Source of the DNA: Gammaproteobacteria bacterium
GTDB taxonomy: Bacteria > Pseudomonadota > Gammaproteobacteria > Enterobacterales > GCA-2746155
NCBI GenBank assembly: GCA_030589945.1
Contig: JAUUZN010000002.1
Span: 1-60,166, forward strand
Reading direction: 5' to 3'
Length of the DNA: 60,166 nt
Part shown: in pieces, positions 39,560 through 50,417 of the stretch
Numbering within the stretch: the first letter of the stretch is position 1
How the letters are laid out: every line of letters begins with the position of its first letter
Notes under the pieces: model-generated
Databases searched by the model: none
What the model saw: only the letters and a program-made list of their open reading frames with translations
Told to the model about the DNA's origin: nothing
Translations under genes and position numbers: made by a program

Positions 39560-39656
39560 TAAAATCTTAGTTAAATTTTATTAACTGCATTTTTTGATAA
39601 TTTCATAGTGGCGACTAAGAAATTATGCTTATTTTTAAATTTCGTTAACGGCTATG

Positions 39657-40172
39657 TTAATCCTTTTTTTTCTCAGCCGCATTAAATAATATTTCACTGA
39701 TTGCATCACCCGAACCGTCGTAAAGTGCTCCCCAATGGAGATCTTTACCGCCACAGATATTAATAGTCTTAGTTCGCCAATTTTCTAGCAAAGTGTTTCG
39801 AGTAGGATCTGTACCTGCCCATTCCAATGCTGCAGTTTTATGTATTGCATTCACATAAACTATTTCTCTTCTGAGCATTCCAAAGGAAACGTACTGTCGA
39901 TAGTAATCATCCAGATTTACTGCTTTTCCTGGTGCAAATTTTTCTAGCGCTGCAGGAAGCAATGTCTCAATTTTTTCAACTAATTTAATATCTAACTCGT
40001 TATAACTGGTTCTAAAGGATGGTGTCATCCTTGAACATTGCTTAAACATTTTTAAAATTTGGGGAACCTCATTAAGAATACTGTAATTTGTTTCTTTCGT
40101 TTCCGCCGAGATCTGAAGGGAGAAAGAAAAAACAACACACCATAGATTTATTAAAAAAAGACTACGTTTCAA
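39657..40172 (-). CDS. Exported hypothetical protein
   Basis: Signal peptide-like N-terminus, YYRQY..F motif, AGG RBS; no function recognised. Confidence 0.6.
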   Translation of the reverse strand: MKRSLFLINLWCVVFSFSLQISAETKETNYSILNEVPQILKMFKQCSRMTPSFRTSYNELDIKLVEKIETLLPAALEKFAPGKAVNLDDYYRQYVSFGMLRREIVYVNAIHKTAALEWAGTDPTRNTLLENWRTKTINICGGKDLHWGALYDGSGDAISEILFNAAEKKKD

Positions 40173-40352
40173 TTGAGGACTACCTTTAAATTATATTATT
40201 TGATAATAAGCTTACCATAAAATATTGAGTTATTATGTGAAAAATTAAAAGACCTAATCTGTCGAATGTGCAGTGCTAGTCGTTGATGTGACCCATTGGT
40301 GACTTGCCGAGTGTTCGCACAACTAGAATGTTAGCTAACTCATTGATTAAAT

Positions 40353-40429
40353 TGGCGCGCCCGGAGCGATTCGAACGCCCGACCAACTGGTTCGAAGCCA
40401 GTTACTCTATCCAGCTGAGCTACGGGCGC
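40353..40429 (-). tRNA. tRNA-Arg(UCG)
   Basis: GCGCCCGTAGCTCAGCTGGATAGAGTA-ACTGG-CTTCGAA-CCAGT-TGGTCGGGCGTTCGAATCGCTCCGGGCGCGCCA. 77 nt, encoded CCA, anticodon TCG. Confidence 0.95.
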
Positions 40430-40620
40430 TGAAGAGGGCGTATTCTTACACTTTGAGAGTTAACTATCAAGCCAGAGTTGTGAAATTGCCTTAATTTATT
40501 AACGTCATTAAAAGTAATCGAAATAAATGATGTTTATCAACAATTATTTGCAATAAAGTTACTCTAAGATCAACATTTAGAATACAATTTCTCTATTGTA
40601 CAAAATACACGGAATTGAAC

Positions 40621-41790
40621 ATGCTAAAACTGATTAAGGGTGCTGATGTCTATGCTCCTGAATACCTTGGACAAAAAGATGTATTGATTGCTGACGGTCG
40701 GATAATGGCTATTGAAACTGAAATTAATGTCGCTGCCATTTATAAAGATTGTGTGGTCATTAAAGCAGAGGGTATGAAGTTAGTGCCAGGCTTTGTAGAT
40801 TCACTTGTGCATATTACCGGTGGAGGCGGAGAGGGTGGCTTTCACACACGTACACCGGAAATGTCTTTGACGGATGCTTCTCTCAACGGCATCACTACCA
40901 TGGTCGGAGTGTTAGGGACGGACGCAACAACTCGCAGCCTTCCTAATCTTTTAGCAAAGAGTCGGGCACTCACCTATGAAGGCATAAGTTGCTATTGCCA
41001 TACGGGATCGTATCAGGTGCCTGTGACCACCATAACGGGTTCAGTTCAGGACGATATCATTTTAATTCCAGACTTCATTGGAGTGGGTGAAATTGCTATT
41101 GCTGATCACCGCTCTTCGAATCCAAGCGTTTCAGAAATAGCAAAAATTGCATCACAAGCACGTGTTGGTGGCATGCTCAGCGGCAAAAAAGGAATTGTCA
41201 GTATACATATGGGCGACAGTACCGATTATCTCTCATTGTTAAAGGCTGTAGTTGATGAGACTGACATCCCCATTACTCAGTTTTACCCAACGCACATCAA
41301 TCGTAATCGTGGCTTATTGGATGCTGCAAAATCTTGGCTTGATGATGGAGGCCTCATCGATCTGACCACAAGCACCACAGAAATGGACCTTGCAAATGGC
41401 GAACCTAGGTGCAGTGAAGCCTTGGCTGAACTTTTGGAAGAAGGTAAGAATATCGATCAAATCACGTTTTCATCCGATGGACATGCAAGTCTACCGACCT
41501 TTGATTCTGAGGGTAATTTGTCAGGATTAAAAGTAGGTTCAGAAGCGAGTCTCTTTGCAGAAATAAGGGCTGCGGTACTTGATTACAATGTACCACTGGA
41601 AATGGCAATTAAAGTTGCTACATCATCACCTGCATCTGTTCTAGGGCTTCACTCTAAGGGCAGAATTAAAGTCAGTGCAGATGCGGATATGGTTCTGCTT
41701 GATGAAGATTTAAATATACAGACGGTCCTTGCTAAGGGACAAGTTCTTGTTAAAGATGGGCGGGCCATTGTTAAAGGAACCTTCGAATGA
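40621..41790 (+). CDS. iadA: Isoaspartyl dipeptidase (beta-aspartyl peptidase)
   Basis: VHITGGGGEGG..TRTPE, GEIAIADHRSS, PTHINRN and SSDG motifs. Confidence 0.95.
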   Translation: MLKLIKGADVYAPEYLGQKDVLIADGRIMAIETEINVAAIYKDCVVIKAEGMKLVPGFVDSLVHITGGGGEGGFHTRTPEMSLTDASLNGITTMVGVLGTDATTRSLPNLLAKSRALTYEGISCYCHTGSYQVPVTTITGSVQDDIILIPDFIGVGEIAIADHRSSNPSVSEIAKIASQARVGGMLSGKKGIVSIHMGDSTDYLSLLKAVVDETDIPITQFYPTHINRNRGLLDAAKSWLDDGGLIDLTTSTTEMDLANGEPRCSEALAELLEEGKNIDQITFSSDGHASLPTFDSEGNLSGLKVGSEASLFAEIRAAVLDYNVPLEMAIKVATSSPASVLGLHSKGRIKVSADADMVLLDEDLNIQTVLAKGQVLVKDGRAIVKGTFE

Positions 41791-42353
41791 ACCCAACAGA
41801 TTTATTAAATCATGCTATTTTTAATGTGTCATTAACGGCAGATATTGAAGCTTCATCAGAACGTATCATTTTTGGCATGGGATGCTTCTGGGGTGCTGAA
41901 CGATGTTTTTGGCAACTTGAAGGCGTACTTAGAACGGCAGTTGGCTATGCTGCAGGAACGACAACTGATCCAAGTTATACGGCTATATGTAGCGGCAACA
42001 CAGGCCACGCAGAAGTGGTTGAGGTCATCTTTAACCCAACAATAATATCAACAGAGCAAATTCTAAGAGCATTTTGGGAAAACCATGATCCCACCCAAGG
42101 AATGCGCCAGGGGAATGATCGAGGCAGCCAATATCGTTCCGTGATTATCTGCTCTGATGAAGAACAATTAAACATTGCCGAAGAAACTAAGAAACGCTAC
42201 CAGACTCAACTAACAAAGGACGGCAATGGTGATATTACTACCGAGCTGTTAACGAATGTTCATTTCTATTTGGCTGAAGAAGATCACCAACAGTATTTGC
42301 ATAAAAACCCATCAGGGTATTGCGGACTCGGTGGGACAGGAAGCTGCTTGTGA
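41787..42353 (+). CDS. msrA: Peptide methionine sulfoxide reductase A
   Basis: GMGCFWG, GHAEVV, QGNDRGSQYRS and AEEDHQQYL motifs. Confidence 0.97.
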   Translation: MNPTDLLNHAIFNVSLTADIEASSERIIFGMGCFWGAERCFWQLEGVLRTAVGYAAGTTTDPSYTAICSGNTGHAEVVEVIFNPTIISTEQILRAFWENHDPTQGMRQGNDRGSQYRSVIICSDEEQLNIAEETKKRYQTQLTKDGNGDITTELLTNVHFYLAEEDHQQYLHKNPSGYCGLGGTGSCL

Positions 42354-42601
42354 AAAGGATAGATGTTGAGAGTCTGCAATACCTTACTTATTAATTAGAC
42401 GTTGGATATTTTGTTTATAGGTTCTACTGACTTTCTTATTGTGCCATGGCTGTTCAATATTGTCATAACGTGTCGTCACAGGATAGTATCGGTTGGTCAC
42501 ATATCAGTGCTTGTAATAATATAATGATGGTAGTTTTATAAAACCATCAGTTTTAAGTTGTCATCTTGTAACTAAACGAATTTTTTTAAATTGGATTAAC
42601 T

Positions 42602-45600
42602 ATGAATAATAATATCATTAAACAAAAGTTCTCATATACTTTCATCATCCTCAGCTATTTATCAATGATGAATATTTGCGCGTCGGAAGAACAGGTAATA
42701 AATCACAAGATTAATGCAAGTTATGAACCTGCAACTCACCTTGTGTCGGTGACAGACACCATTTCTCTCGCTGAGGGTATAGAAAATAATTCAATTGAAT
42801 TTAAACTTCATAGTGATTTGAATGTTACCTCTAATACTAAGGGTGTTTCTGTTGAATTGGTCAATACAAACTCTTCGGCAATTGATAAGGGCATGGATCA
42901 AGAAAAGTTTGATGTGCCACTTAGCACCTATAAAATAACGTTTAGTAATCTATTCAAAGGAACTAAAGGCCAATTTACTTTAAAATATGAAGGTGTCATT
43001 CACCATATTATCAAACAAAAAGGTGAAGAATATTCGCGAGGATTCAGTCAATCTCCGGGTATTATTGAAGAGCGGGGCGCCTACTTGTCAGGTTCAACCT
43101 ATTGGGTACCCAGCTTCGGTGATGAATATATAACCTATGAACTGACAACCTCATCGCCTGAAGGATGGAGAGTGGTGAGCCAGGGTAAGCGCATGCTTTC
43201 TAAAGATGAAGGTGGTCGACATCTTGATACTTGGTTGGTTGACACACCCACAGAGGAAGTCTATTTAATTGGCGCTAAATTTAGTGAATACTCCTTTGAT
43301 GTTGGCGCAGTTAAGGCGATGGCATTTTTACGAAGCTCTGATGAAGCTCTCGCTAATAAATATTTGGAAACTACAGCTCAGTATATGGAGATGTATCGAA
43401 ATTTAGTGGGTCCCTATCCATATTCTAAGTTTGCCCTCGTAGAGAACTTTTGGGAAACAGGCTACGGCATGCCATCTTTCACATTGTTGGGTGAACAAAT
43501 TATTCGATTCCCTTTTATATTACATTCATCCTATCCACATGAATTGCTGCACAACTGGTGGGGCAATAGTGTCTATCTTAATTTCGATCAAGGTAACTGG
43601 TGTGAAGGGTTAACAGCCTATATGGCAGATCACCTGATAGCAGAACAACGGGGCATTGCTGGAGAGTACAGACGGTCTACCTTGCAGGGCTATACTGATT
43701 ATGTTGATGAGAAAACAGATTTTCCTCTAAGTAAATTCATTTCTCGCTTCAGTCCAGCAAGTTCAGCAGTTGGTTATGGTAAATCAGCCATGATGTGGGA
43801 CATGTTAAGAGACAAGGTCGGTGATGAACATTTTATTAAGTCGTTCCAGAAATTTTATCGAGAGAATAAATATCAACGTGCAGGCTATTCAGATATTCAA
43901 GCTGCATTTGAGTCCGTATCTGGTGAAGAATTAACTCCATTTTTTGAACAATGGGTACAAAGAAAAGGGGCTCCAGAGCTGGAAATTGGTCAAGTTAATA
44001 TTACCGGAAACAAAGGGGCCTATAGTATTGAATTTAGCTTAAATCAGGTTCAGTCAGAAAAAGCATTTGTACTCGACATACCTCTTGCTATTTATAGTAA
44101 GGATGGCGTGACTCAACATAAGGTTCTAATGGATTCAAAGCAACAAAGTTATTCTATAGAGCTGACATCGAAACCTGAAAAAATTCATGTTGATCCCCAG
44201 TTCAACCTATTTAGAAAACTACATTTTTCTGAGATCCCTCCGTCATTGTCTAAGATATTTGGTGCTGAAAAAGTGACCATTGTTCTTCCTTCTAAAGCCA
44301 GTGCGTTAGAAGCGGAGCGATATAATGAATTGTCAAAAATATGGACTCGGCAGAGCGATAAATTCGAAGTTGTTTATGATAATAAAATCAGCTCACTACC
44401 GGCTGACAGAGCGGTATGGCTGTTTGGTTGGAATAACACGTTTCGTTCGGTTGTTGAAAAAGCTCTAGAATCATTAAGCGGCGAAATTGGTGATAACAAA
44501 GTCACACTCGGTAAAACCGAACTATCTGCAGATGACAACAGTTTTGTCATTGGTGTACGCCATCCAAAAAATTCAAATTTAGTGGTTGTATGGGTTACCG
44601 CTCATGATCAAAAGGCTGTTGCCGGTCTTGCTAGAAAGCTTCCACATTATGGCAAGTATAGTTACTTAGCATTTACCGGTACTGAGCCTTCAAATGTCTC
44701 AAAGGGACAGTGGCCTACAGTTAATTCACCCTTAGTTTACAACCTGTCAAAAGATGCTGATTTTAGTAACATCAAATTGCCTAAACGTCCTGCTCTTGCC
44801 AAATTAGCTCCAGTATTCTCAGCTGAGCGTATGCAAAAAACGGTTGACTACTTAGCAAGTGATGAACTAAAAGGGCGAGGGTTAGGGACCGATGAGCTTG
44901 ATACGGCTGCTGATTACATTGCAGAGCAGTTCAAAAAAGCAGGTCTAGTGACGGCCGGTGACAACGATACTTATTTTCAAGATTTTGTAGCAACAGCAGG
45001 TGAAAAAAACAAAAAGGTCTTTGCGAAGAATGTTATTGGAGTGATTCCTGGTAGCAATAAAGAATGGGCTGAAGAGTCGGTCATTGTAAGTGCTCATTAT
45101 GACCACCTTGGATTAGGCTGGCCGAGTCCTGCAAAGGGTAATAAAGGAAAAATACACAATGGGGCTGATGATAATGCCAGTGGTGTTGCTGTATTAATAG
45201 AATTAGCGAATGTACTAAAGAGTATGAAGCCAAAGCGTAATGTCATCTTTGTTGCCTTTAGTGGTGAAGAAGCTGGATTACTTGGTGCTAAATATTACGT
45301 TAAAAACATGCAGAAATACCCTGTCAATAAAGCCATGGGCATCATCAACATGGATACCGTGGGTAGTCTAGGTGATAAAAAAACTATTAATCCTCAATGG
45401 CTCATCAGCTAGGGAATGGAAGTTTATTTTAATGGGGACTTCATTCGTTACTGGCGTTGAAACTGAAATGGTTTCTCAGGAAATTACCTCCAGTGATCAT
45501 GCGGTCTTTATTGATGCAGGCGTCCCAGGCATTCATTTGTTTGCCGGCTCTTCTAGCAACTACCATACGCCATCTGATACAGCAGACACAATAGATAGTT

Positions 45601-45995
45601 CAGGATTGGTGAAGGTTGCTACCGTGGCACGCGAAGTGGTTAACTATCTTGCTGAACGTCCTGAGCCCATGTCCTTTGCTGGAGCAAAATCGAAAAAAGC
45701 GCCATCTGGCAACAAACAAAAACCAAAGGGACGGAAAGTGAGCACCGGAGTTATGCCCGACTTTGCCTTTTCGGGTGAGGGTGTACGGGTTGCAAGTGTT
45801 AGCGATGGTTCAGCTGCTGCAAAGGCCGGACTTATCAAAAATGACATCATTACGGTCTTAGCCGGTGTAAAAGTGACCGACCTTCGTAGTTACTCTACAG
45901 AATTAAAAAAACACGACATTGGTGAAACTATCGATGTGTCTTACCTTCGTGGTAAAGAAACCCATACAACAAAAATAACACTAGCGGCTCGATAG
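42602..45995 (+). pseudogene. M1 aminopeptidase - M28 peptidase - PDZ protein split by a +1 frameshift (ORFs 42602-45412 and 45372-45995)
   Basis: HELLH...WCEG (M1), SAHYDH, GADDNASG, GEEAG and NMD in frame 1; SDH, YHTPSD and a PDZ domain in frame 2. A7 run at 45377-45383. Confidence 0.8.
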
Positions 45996-46020
45996 CTATT
46001 TATTACAAGAGGAAAGAGGA

Positions 46021-47001
46021 ATGTCTAATTTGAAATCAATAATTTTTGCTACATCAACATTATTTTGTAGTGCAACAATTTCTGTACAGGCAGGAGAGTT
46101 ACCTGTAAAGCGAATTCCTCATAGTGGCGAAGCTGCAGAGTTTTATTTTTCTCCTGATGGGAAACAATTAATCGGAAACGCTAAACTTGAAGGTGATAAA
46201 ACTCATCATGTTTATATTATGGATCTTGATGGAACAATGACACTCATTAATGATAAGGGTGAAGATGCCTGCTCACATTTTTTTCCCGATGGTAAGCGTA
46301 TAATTTGGACCTCTACACGGGATCATCTAGAGCTCGAAAAAGGTAACTATTCTGATCCTGAAAATTATCCAAAAGGCTCAGAACTCTACAGCTCAAACCC
46401 AGATGGTAGTGATGTTAAACAATTAACTCATAATGAATACTATGATGCTGAAGTAGGAATCTCACCAGATGGTCAATGGATACTCTTCGCAAGAATGATT
46501 GATGGAAAGCAGGACATGTGGCGCATGCGTTCAGATGGTTCGGGTAAAGAAATTCAAATTACCTTCACTGAAACCGAGCAGGAAGGTGGAGCATTTTATA
46601 TGCCCGATAGCGAAACCATTCTCTATCGTTCATGGGATGTCAGTGTACAGGGGCAACGTGGAATGCCGATGACTATTTATACGATAAAGCATGATGGAAG
46701 CCAAAAGAAGAAGGTCAGTACTCAGCCTGGTACAAATTGGGCTCCGTTTCCAGCACCAGACGGTGATCATTATGCCTTCGTAAGAATGTTACCACCCCAT
46801 AATTTTGAAGTATTTCTTGGTTCAATTTCAACTGGAAAATTAACCCAATTAACTCATAATGATGCTTTTGATGGCTTTCCTGCAATCTCTGCCGATGGAA
46901 AAACATTGACCTTTTCTTCCGGAAGACAGGCTGAGAAAGGTAAGAGAGAATTACATCAATACACCATGGACATTTCTTCTTTGAATTTAGGTCAAAAATA
47001 A
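46021..47001 (+). CDS. TolB-like PD40 beta-propeller protein
   Basis: Signal peptide; repeated FSPDG, FFPDG, ISPDG and ISADG motifs. Confidence 0.9.
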   Translation: MSNLKSIIFATSTLFCSATISVQAGELPVKRIPHSGEAAEFYFSPDGKQLIGNAKLEGDKTHHVYIMDLDGTMTLINDKGEDACSHFFPDGKRIIWTSTRDHLELEKGNYSDPENYPKGSELYSSNPDGSDVKQLTHNEYYDAEVGISPDGQWILFARMIDGKQDMWRMRSDGSGKEIQITFTETEQEGGAFYMPDSETILYRSWDVSVQGQRGMPMTIYTIKHDGSQKKKVSTQPGTNWAPFPAPDGDHYAFVRMLPPHNFEVFLGSISTGKLTQLTHNDAFDGFPAISADGKTLTFSSGRQAEKGKRELHQYTMDISSLNLGQK

Positions 47002-47124
47002 TCAAAGAGTAGTGATGGATAGTTTCAGCAAAGGAACTATCTCCATTTACTTCTCATAACATTGAGTTCTCAAATTGCTCCACTGAGGGTACAATTCAAC
47101 AACTTCTACTCATAGGTAAATAAA

Positions 47125-48150
47125 ATGTTAACTAAAACGGCAACTTCTGCAATTCTTCTGGCAATAGTTCTTATTACAGGCTGTTCGACTCATGGAATTA
47201 AGCAGAACAGTAATGCATCATTACCCGCTCTCAACACCCTGTACCAATCGATTGTGATGGAGTCTAAAACAAGGCAGAGAGTTTCAGTAACAACACTTGC
47301 TGAACAACTTAAAGATACCGATGTTATTTTTATGGGCGAATTCCACTCGCACCAGGGGGGACATAAATTACAACTGGATTTACTTGAGGCTCTGTATAAA
47401 CAAAACCCAAAAATCATTCTATCAATGGAGCAATTCACTCGTGATGCTCAACCAATATTAGACGGGTATCTTGAAGGCAAATATGGTGAAGCAACCTTGA
47501 TTGAAGAAGGCAACGCCTGGCCACATTATAAGGGTTCATATCGAGCAATTGTAGAGTTTGCAAGAGAGCACGAACTACCCGTTGTCGCTGCAAATGCACC
47601 GGCTATGTTTGTCCGATGTGTGGGCAAAAAGGGCGTTGAAATTCTTGAAACTATCCCTGATGAAAAAAAGCCTTGGTCAGCTAGAAAACTAGATTTAGAT
47701 AATGAACAGTATAAGGCTAAATTCATGTCATTCTTGAGTGGTTCTGGCACTAGACATGGTCAAACAGAAGAGGTAGCAAAGAAGCGAATGATGAATACGT
47801 TTGCTGCTCAATTATTACGTGATACAACAATGGCTGAGTCTATAGATGATGCAATGCAAGAGAACCCTGGGTATCAGGTTATTCATCTTAATGGTTCATT
47901 CCACAGTGACGGTCACTTGGGTACAGCTGCTGTTATAGAGACCATGCGTCCCTCGCTAGTAACATCTGTGTTAAGTCCGGTAACGGCTCAAGATGCAGCC
48001 AGTCCAGCTGCGACTGAGGAGCAATATAGCCAAGGCGACTATATTTATTTAATTAAAGAAATGCCAGAACGCTATGTAGATAAAGAAAAGTTAAATGCTT
48101 CAATTCGCAAGTTAATTGGTGAACGAATGAAAAAGAAGTGCGAGCTCTAA
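47125..48150 (+). CDS. ChaN family lipoprotein
   Basis: Lipobox ITGC; GEFHSH, LSMEQF, AANAP, RDTTMAESI and NGSFHS motifs. Confidence 0.88.
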   Translation: MLTKTATSAILLAIVLITGCSTHGIKQNSNASLPALNTLYQSIVMESKTRQRVSVTTLAEQLKDTDVIFMGEFHSHQGGHKLQLDLLEALYKQNPKIILSMEQFTRDAQPILDGYLEGKYGEATLIEEGNAWPHYKGSYRAIVEFAREHELPVVAANAPAMFVRCVGKKGVEILETIPDEKKPWSARKLDLDNEQYKAKFMSFLSGSGTRHGQTEEVAKKRMMNTFAAQLLRDTTMAESIDDAMQENPGYQVIHLNGSFHSDGHLGTAAVIETMRPSLVTSVLSPVTAQDAASPAATEEQYSQGDYIYLIKEMPERYVDKEKLNASIRKLIGERMKKKCEL

Positions 48151-48189
48151 TTATTTAAAAGATTGTCCTGTATTAATCAGGCGTATTAT

Positions 48190-49167
48190 TTAGACTGTAG
48201 CGACTATAGTTGCTCTCATAGGGGCAGGGTAGCCTTCAATCGTTAAACGATTATCATTCGGGTCCAGATAGTTTTCCAGTGAATGGAAATGCATCCACTG
48301 GGTCGCTCTTTGCTCTTCAATGCTCGTTTTGGTGCAATCAACCAGTTTGACATTGTTGAGACCACAGCGCTGCATCCAATGAGTCAGTGCATCTGTAGAA
48401 GGTAAGAACCAGACATTTCGCATTTGCGCATAGCGTCCCTTAGGCAGTAAAGAAGTATTAATATCACCTTCAACGACCAATGTTTCCAATACCAGCTCAC
48501 CACCAGGTCGTAGAAGCTCTTTAAGCTGCTGTATATGGTCGATGGGTGAGCGACGGTGGTATAAAACGCCCATGGAAAACACGGTATCAAATAGAGGCAT
48601 TTTTGGCATCTGCTCAATACCTAAAGGCAACAAATGTATCGGCAACTGTCCAAAAAAATGTTTCATTGCAAGAAATTGTGCGAGAAACTTCTGAGATGGG
48701 TCAATGCCAATGGCAAGCTTTGCACCTTCTCCACGCATACGAAAAAGGTGGTAACCATTACCGCAGCCAACATCGAGAATCGTTCTATCTTTTAAAGGGC
48801 TAATTTCTGGCAAAATTCGTTGCCATTTCCAATCGGAACGCCATTCAGTGTCAATGTGAATGCCGTGTACATGATAAGGTCCCTTGCGCCAAGGGTGGAG
48901 CTGCTTCAATTGCCTAATAAGCTGTTCACGTTGCTCAGTAGACAGGCTCTGATCGTTACCCACACTGACTTTGTCGCTCAATTCGAGGTCTGTTGCGCTA
49001 ACATTAATAAGCTCGGCAAGTAACGTTTGCCAACCATCAAGCTCGCCATGAGTGTAATTTTTAAAGACATGTTCAATGTCTTGAGGTAATTGTTTCATCC
49101 ACACTTCAAGAGTACTGTTACTAATATCCTCATAGGCATTGGCAAATAATGTTTTAGAATCGATCAT
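48190..49167 (-). CDS. cmoB: tRNA U34 carboxymethyltransferase
   Basis: PWRKGP, IDTEWRSDWKW, DVGCGNGYH and RYAQMRNVWF motifs. Confidence 0.97.
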   Translation of the reverse strand: MIDSKTLFANAYEDISNSTLEVWMKQLPQDIEHVFKNYTHGELDGWQTLLAELINVSATDLELSDKVSVGNDQSLSTEQREQLIRQLKQLHPWRKGPYHVHGIHIDTEWRSDWKWQRILPEISPLKDRTILDVGCGNGYHLFRMRGEGAKLAIGIDPSQKFLAQFLAMKHFFGQLPIHLLPLGIEQMPKMPLFDTVFSMGVLYHRRSPIDHIQQLKELLRPGGELVLETLVVEGDINTSLLPKGRYAQMRNVWFLPSTDALTHWMQRCGLNNVKLVDCTKTSIEEQRATQWMHFHSLENYLDPNDNRLTIEGYPAPMRATIVATV

Positions 49168-49184
49168 TTCATCACTATTTTTAG

Positions 49185-49214
49185 TTGCTTTACTTGATTG
49201 CTTTACTTGATTGC
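49185..49214. repeat. 13-bp tandem duplication spanning the cmoA stop
   Basis: TTGCTTTACTTGA TTGCTTTACTTGA TTGC. Confidence 0.8.
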
Positions 49215-49925
49215 AACAAAGGACGCGAAATTATATTGTTGGAACCAAATGTCAGCTGTGCTAAAGCCGGCGTCTAGTAGACGTTTCCTATGGTCATCCA
49301 CAGATTCTGGAATCAAAATATCCTGTAGAGCTTCTCTTTTTTGGCTAATTTCAAGTTCGCTGTAACCATTCTCTCGCTTGAAGTCTAGGTGCATTTCATC
49401 AATGAAATTTTGGGTAATGGGGTTGTCGAAGTGGATCTTTTCAGATAATACCAATAATCCTCCATTATTGAGACCCTTTGCAATCTTTCTGAGCAACTGA
49501 GTTCTTAATGATTTTTCAATAAATTGAAGGGTAAAGTTCAAAACAACCATACTAGCGTTTTCAATATCGACATTCTCAATACTGTCTTCAATGACAGTGA
49601 CATCAATTGTAGACTCATAGGATTCAATGATCTTTTTACTACGAGAAACCATTGAGGAGGAGTTGTCGATAGCGTAAATATGGACCCCTTTATTCTCAAT
49701 GTTTCTTCTCATTGAAAGCGTTGCAGCACCTAAGCTACTACCTAGGTCGTAGATATTGGAGTTATCTGTAACAAAACGTCTTGAAAGACTGCCCAGATGT
49801 TTAATAATTGTCTCATAACCCGGTACAGATCGTCGTATCATGTCGGGGAAAACAGCCGCGACTTTGTCGTCAAAATCGAAATCTTTAATCTGACATAGTT
49901 TATCTGAAAATATATTGTCTTTCAT
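49203..49925 (-). CDS. cmoA: Carboxy-SAM synthase
   Basis: FPDMIRRSVPGY, YDLGSSLG, LNFTLQF and NGYSELEISQKR motifs. Confidence 0.97.
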   Translation of the reverse strand: MKDNIFSDKLCQIKDFDFDDKVAAVFPDMIRRSVPGYETIIKHLGSLSRRFVTDNSNIYDLGSSLGAATLSMRRNIENKGVHIYAIDNSSSMVSRSKKIIESYESTIDVTVIEDSIENVDIENASMVVLNFTLQFIEKSLRTQLLRKIAKGLNNGGLLVLSEKIHFDNPITQNFIDEMHLDFKRENGYSELEISQKREALQDILIPESVDDHRKRLLDAGFSTADIWFQQYNFASFVAIK

Positions 49926-50188
49926 ATAGATAGGGCACTAAGTTAATGTATATTATTAGCAATGTAGACCTGTTAAATCGAAGATAGAGAGTAACATATC
50001 ATTGCATTAGATGAGAACAGAAAATATAATTATTACCGATAAGAAGTCGTGACAATGATTTGTTGAAATTTGCCGATTTTGTGTAACAACACTTGATTTC
50101 AAGACTAGATCGTCTAATATGTATGCTGTTCGAGGGCATGAAGCCCCGATTTAAAGTCACGAATTACTGACTCAAGGAGAGAGATACG

Positions 50189-50413
50189 ATGTTGACATTA
50201 TCAAGAAAGAATAACCAATCAATAATAATTACCCCTGCAGTTGGTTTGGATCCTAATATGACGGTATCTGAGCTATTTGGGCAATCTAAGATTGAAATAC
50301 ATTTTAATAATATTCGTAATGGGACTGCTTCGATATCAATTGACGCACCTAAATGTCTCGATTTAATGCGAAGTGAATTAATTGACCCAGATATACTGAC
50401 TGCCGGAGAATAG
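50189..50413 (+). CDS. Divergent CsrA/RsmA-family protein with an internal insertion
   Basis: MLTLSRK..QSIII and SIDAPK....MRSEL match the CsrA ends; about 17 extra residues in between. AAGGAG RBS. Confidence 0.7.
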   Translation: MLTLSRKNNQSIIITPAVGLDPNMTVSELFGQSKIEIHFNNIRNGTASISIDAPKCLDLMRSELIDPDILTAGE

Positions 50414-50417
50414 TTGA

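Noticed and set aside
28504-40429. eNOR-like cluster as a genomic island integrated at tRNA-Arg
   Set aside because: It lies downstream of the tRNA 3' end, but I found no integrase and no duplicated tRNA 3' end at the far boundary.
42361-42410. Met-box-like octamers downstream of msrA
   Set aside because: Isolated partial matches with no tandem 8-bp phasing.
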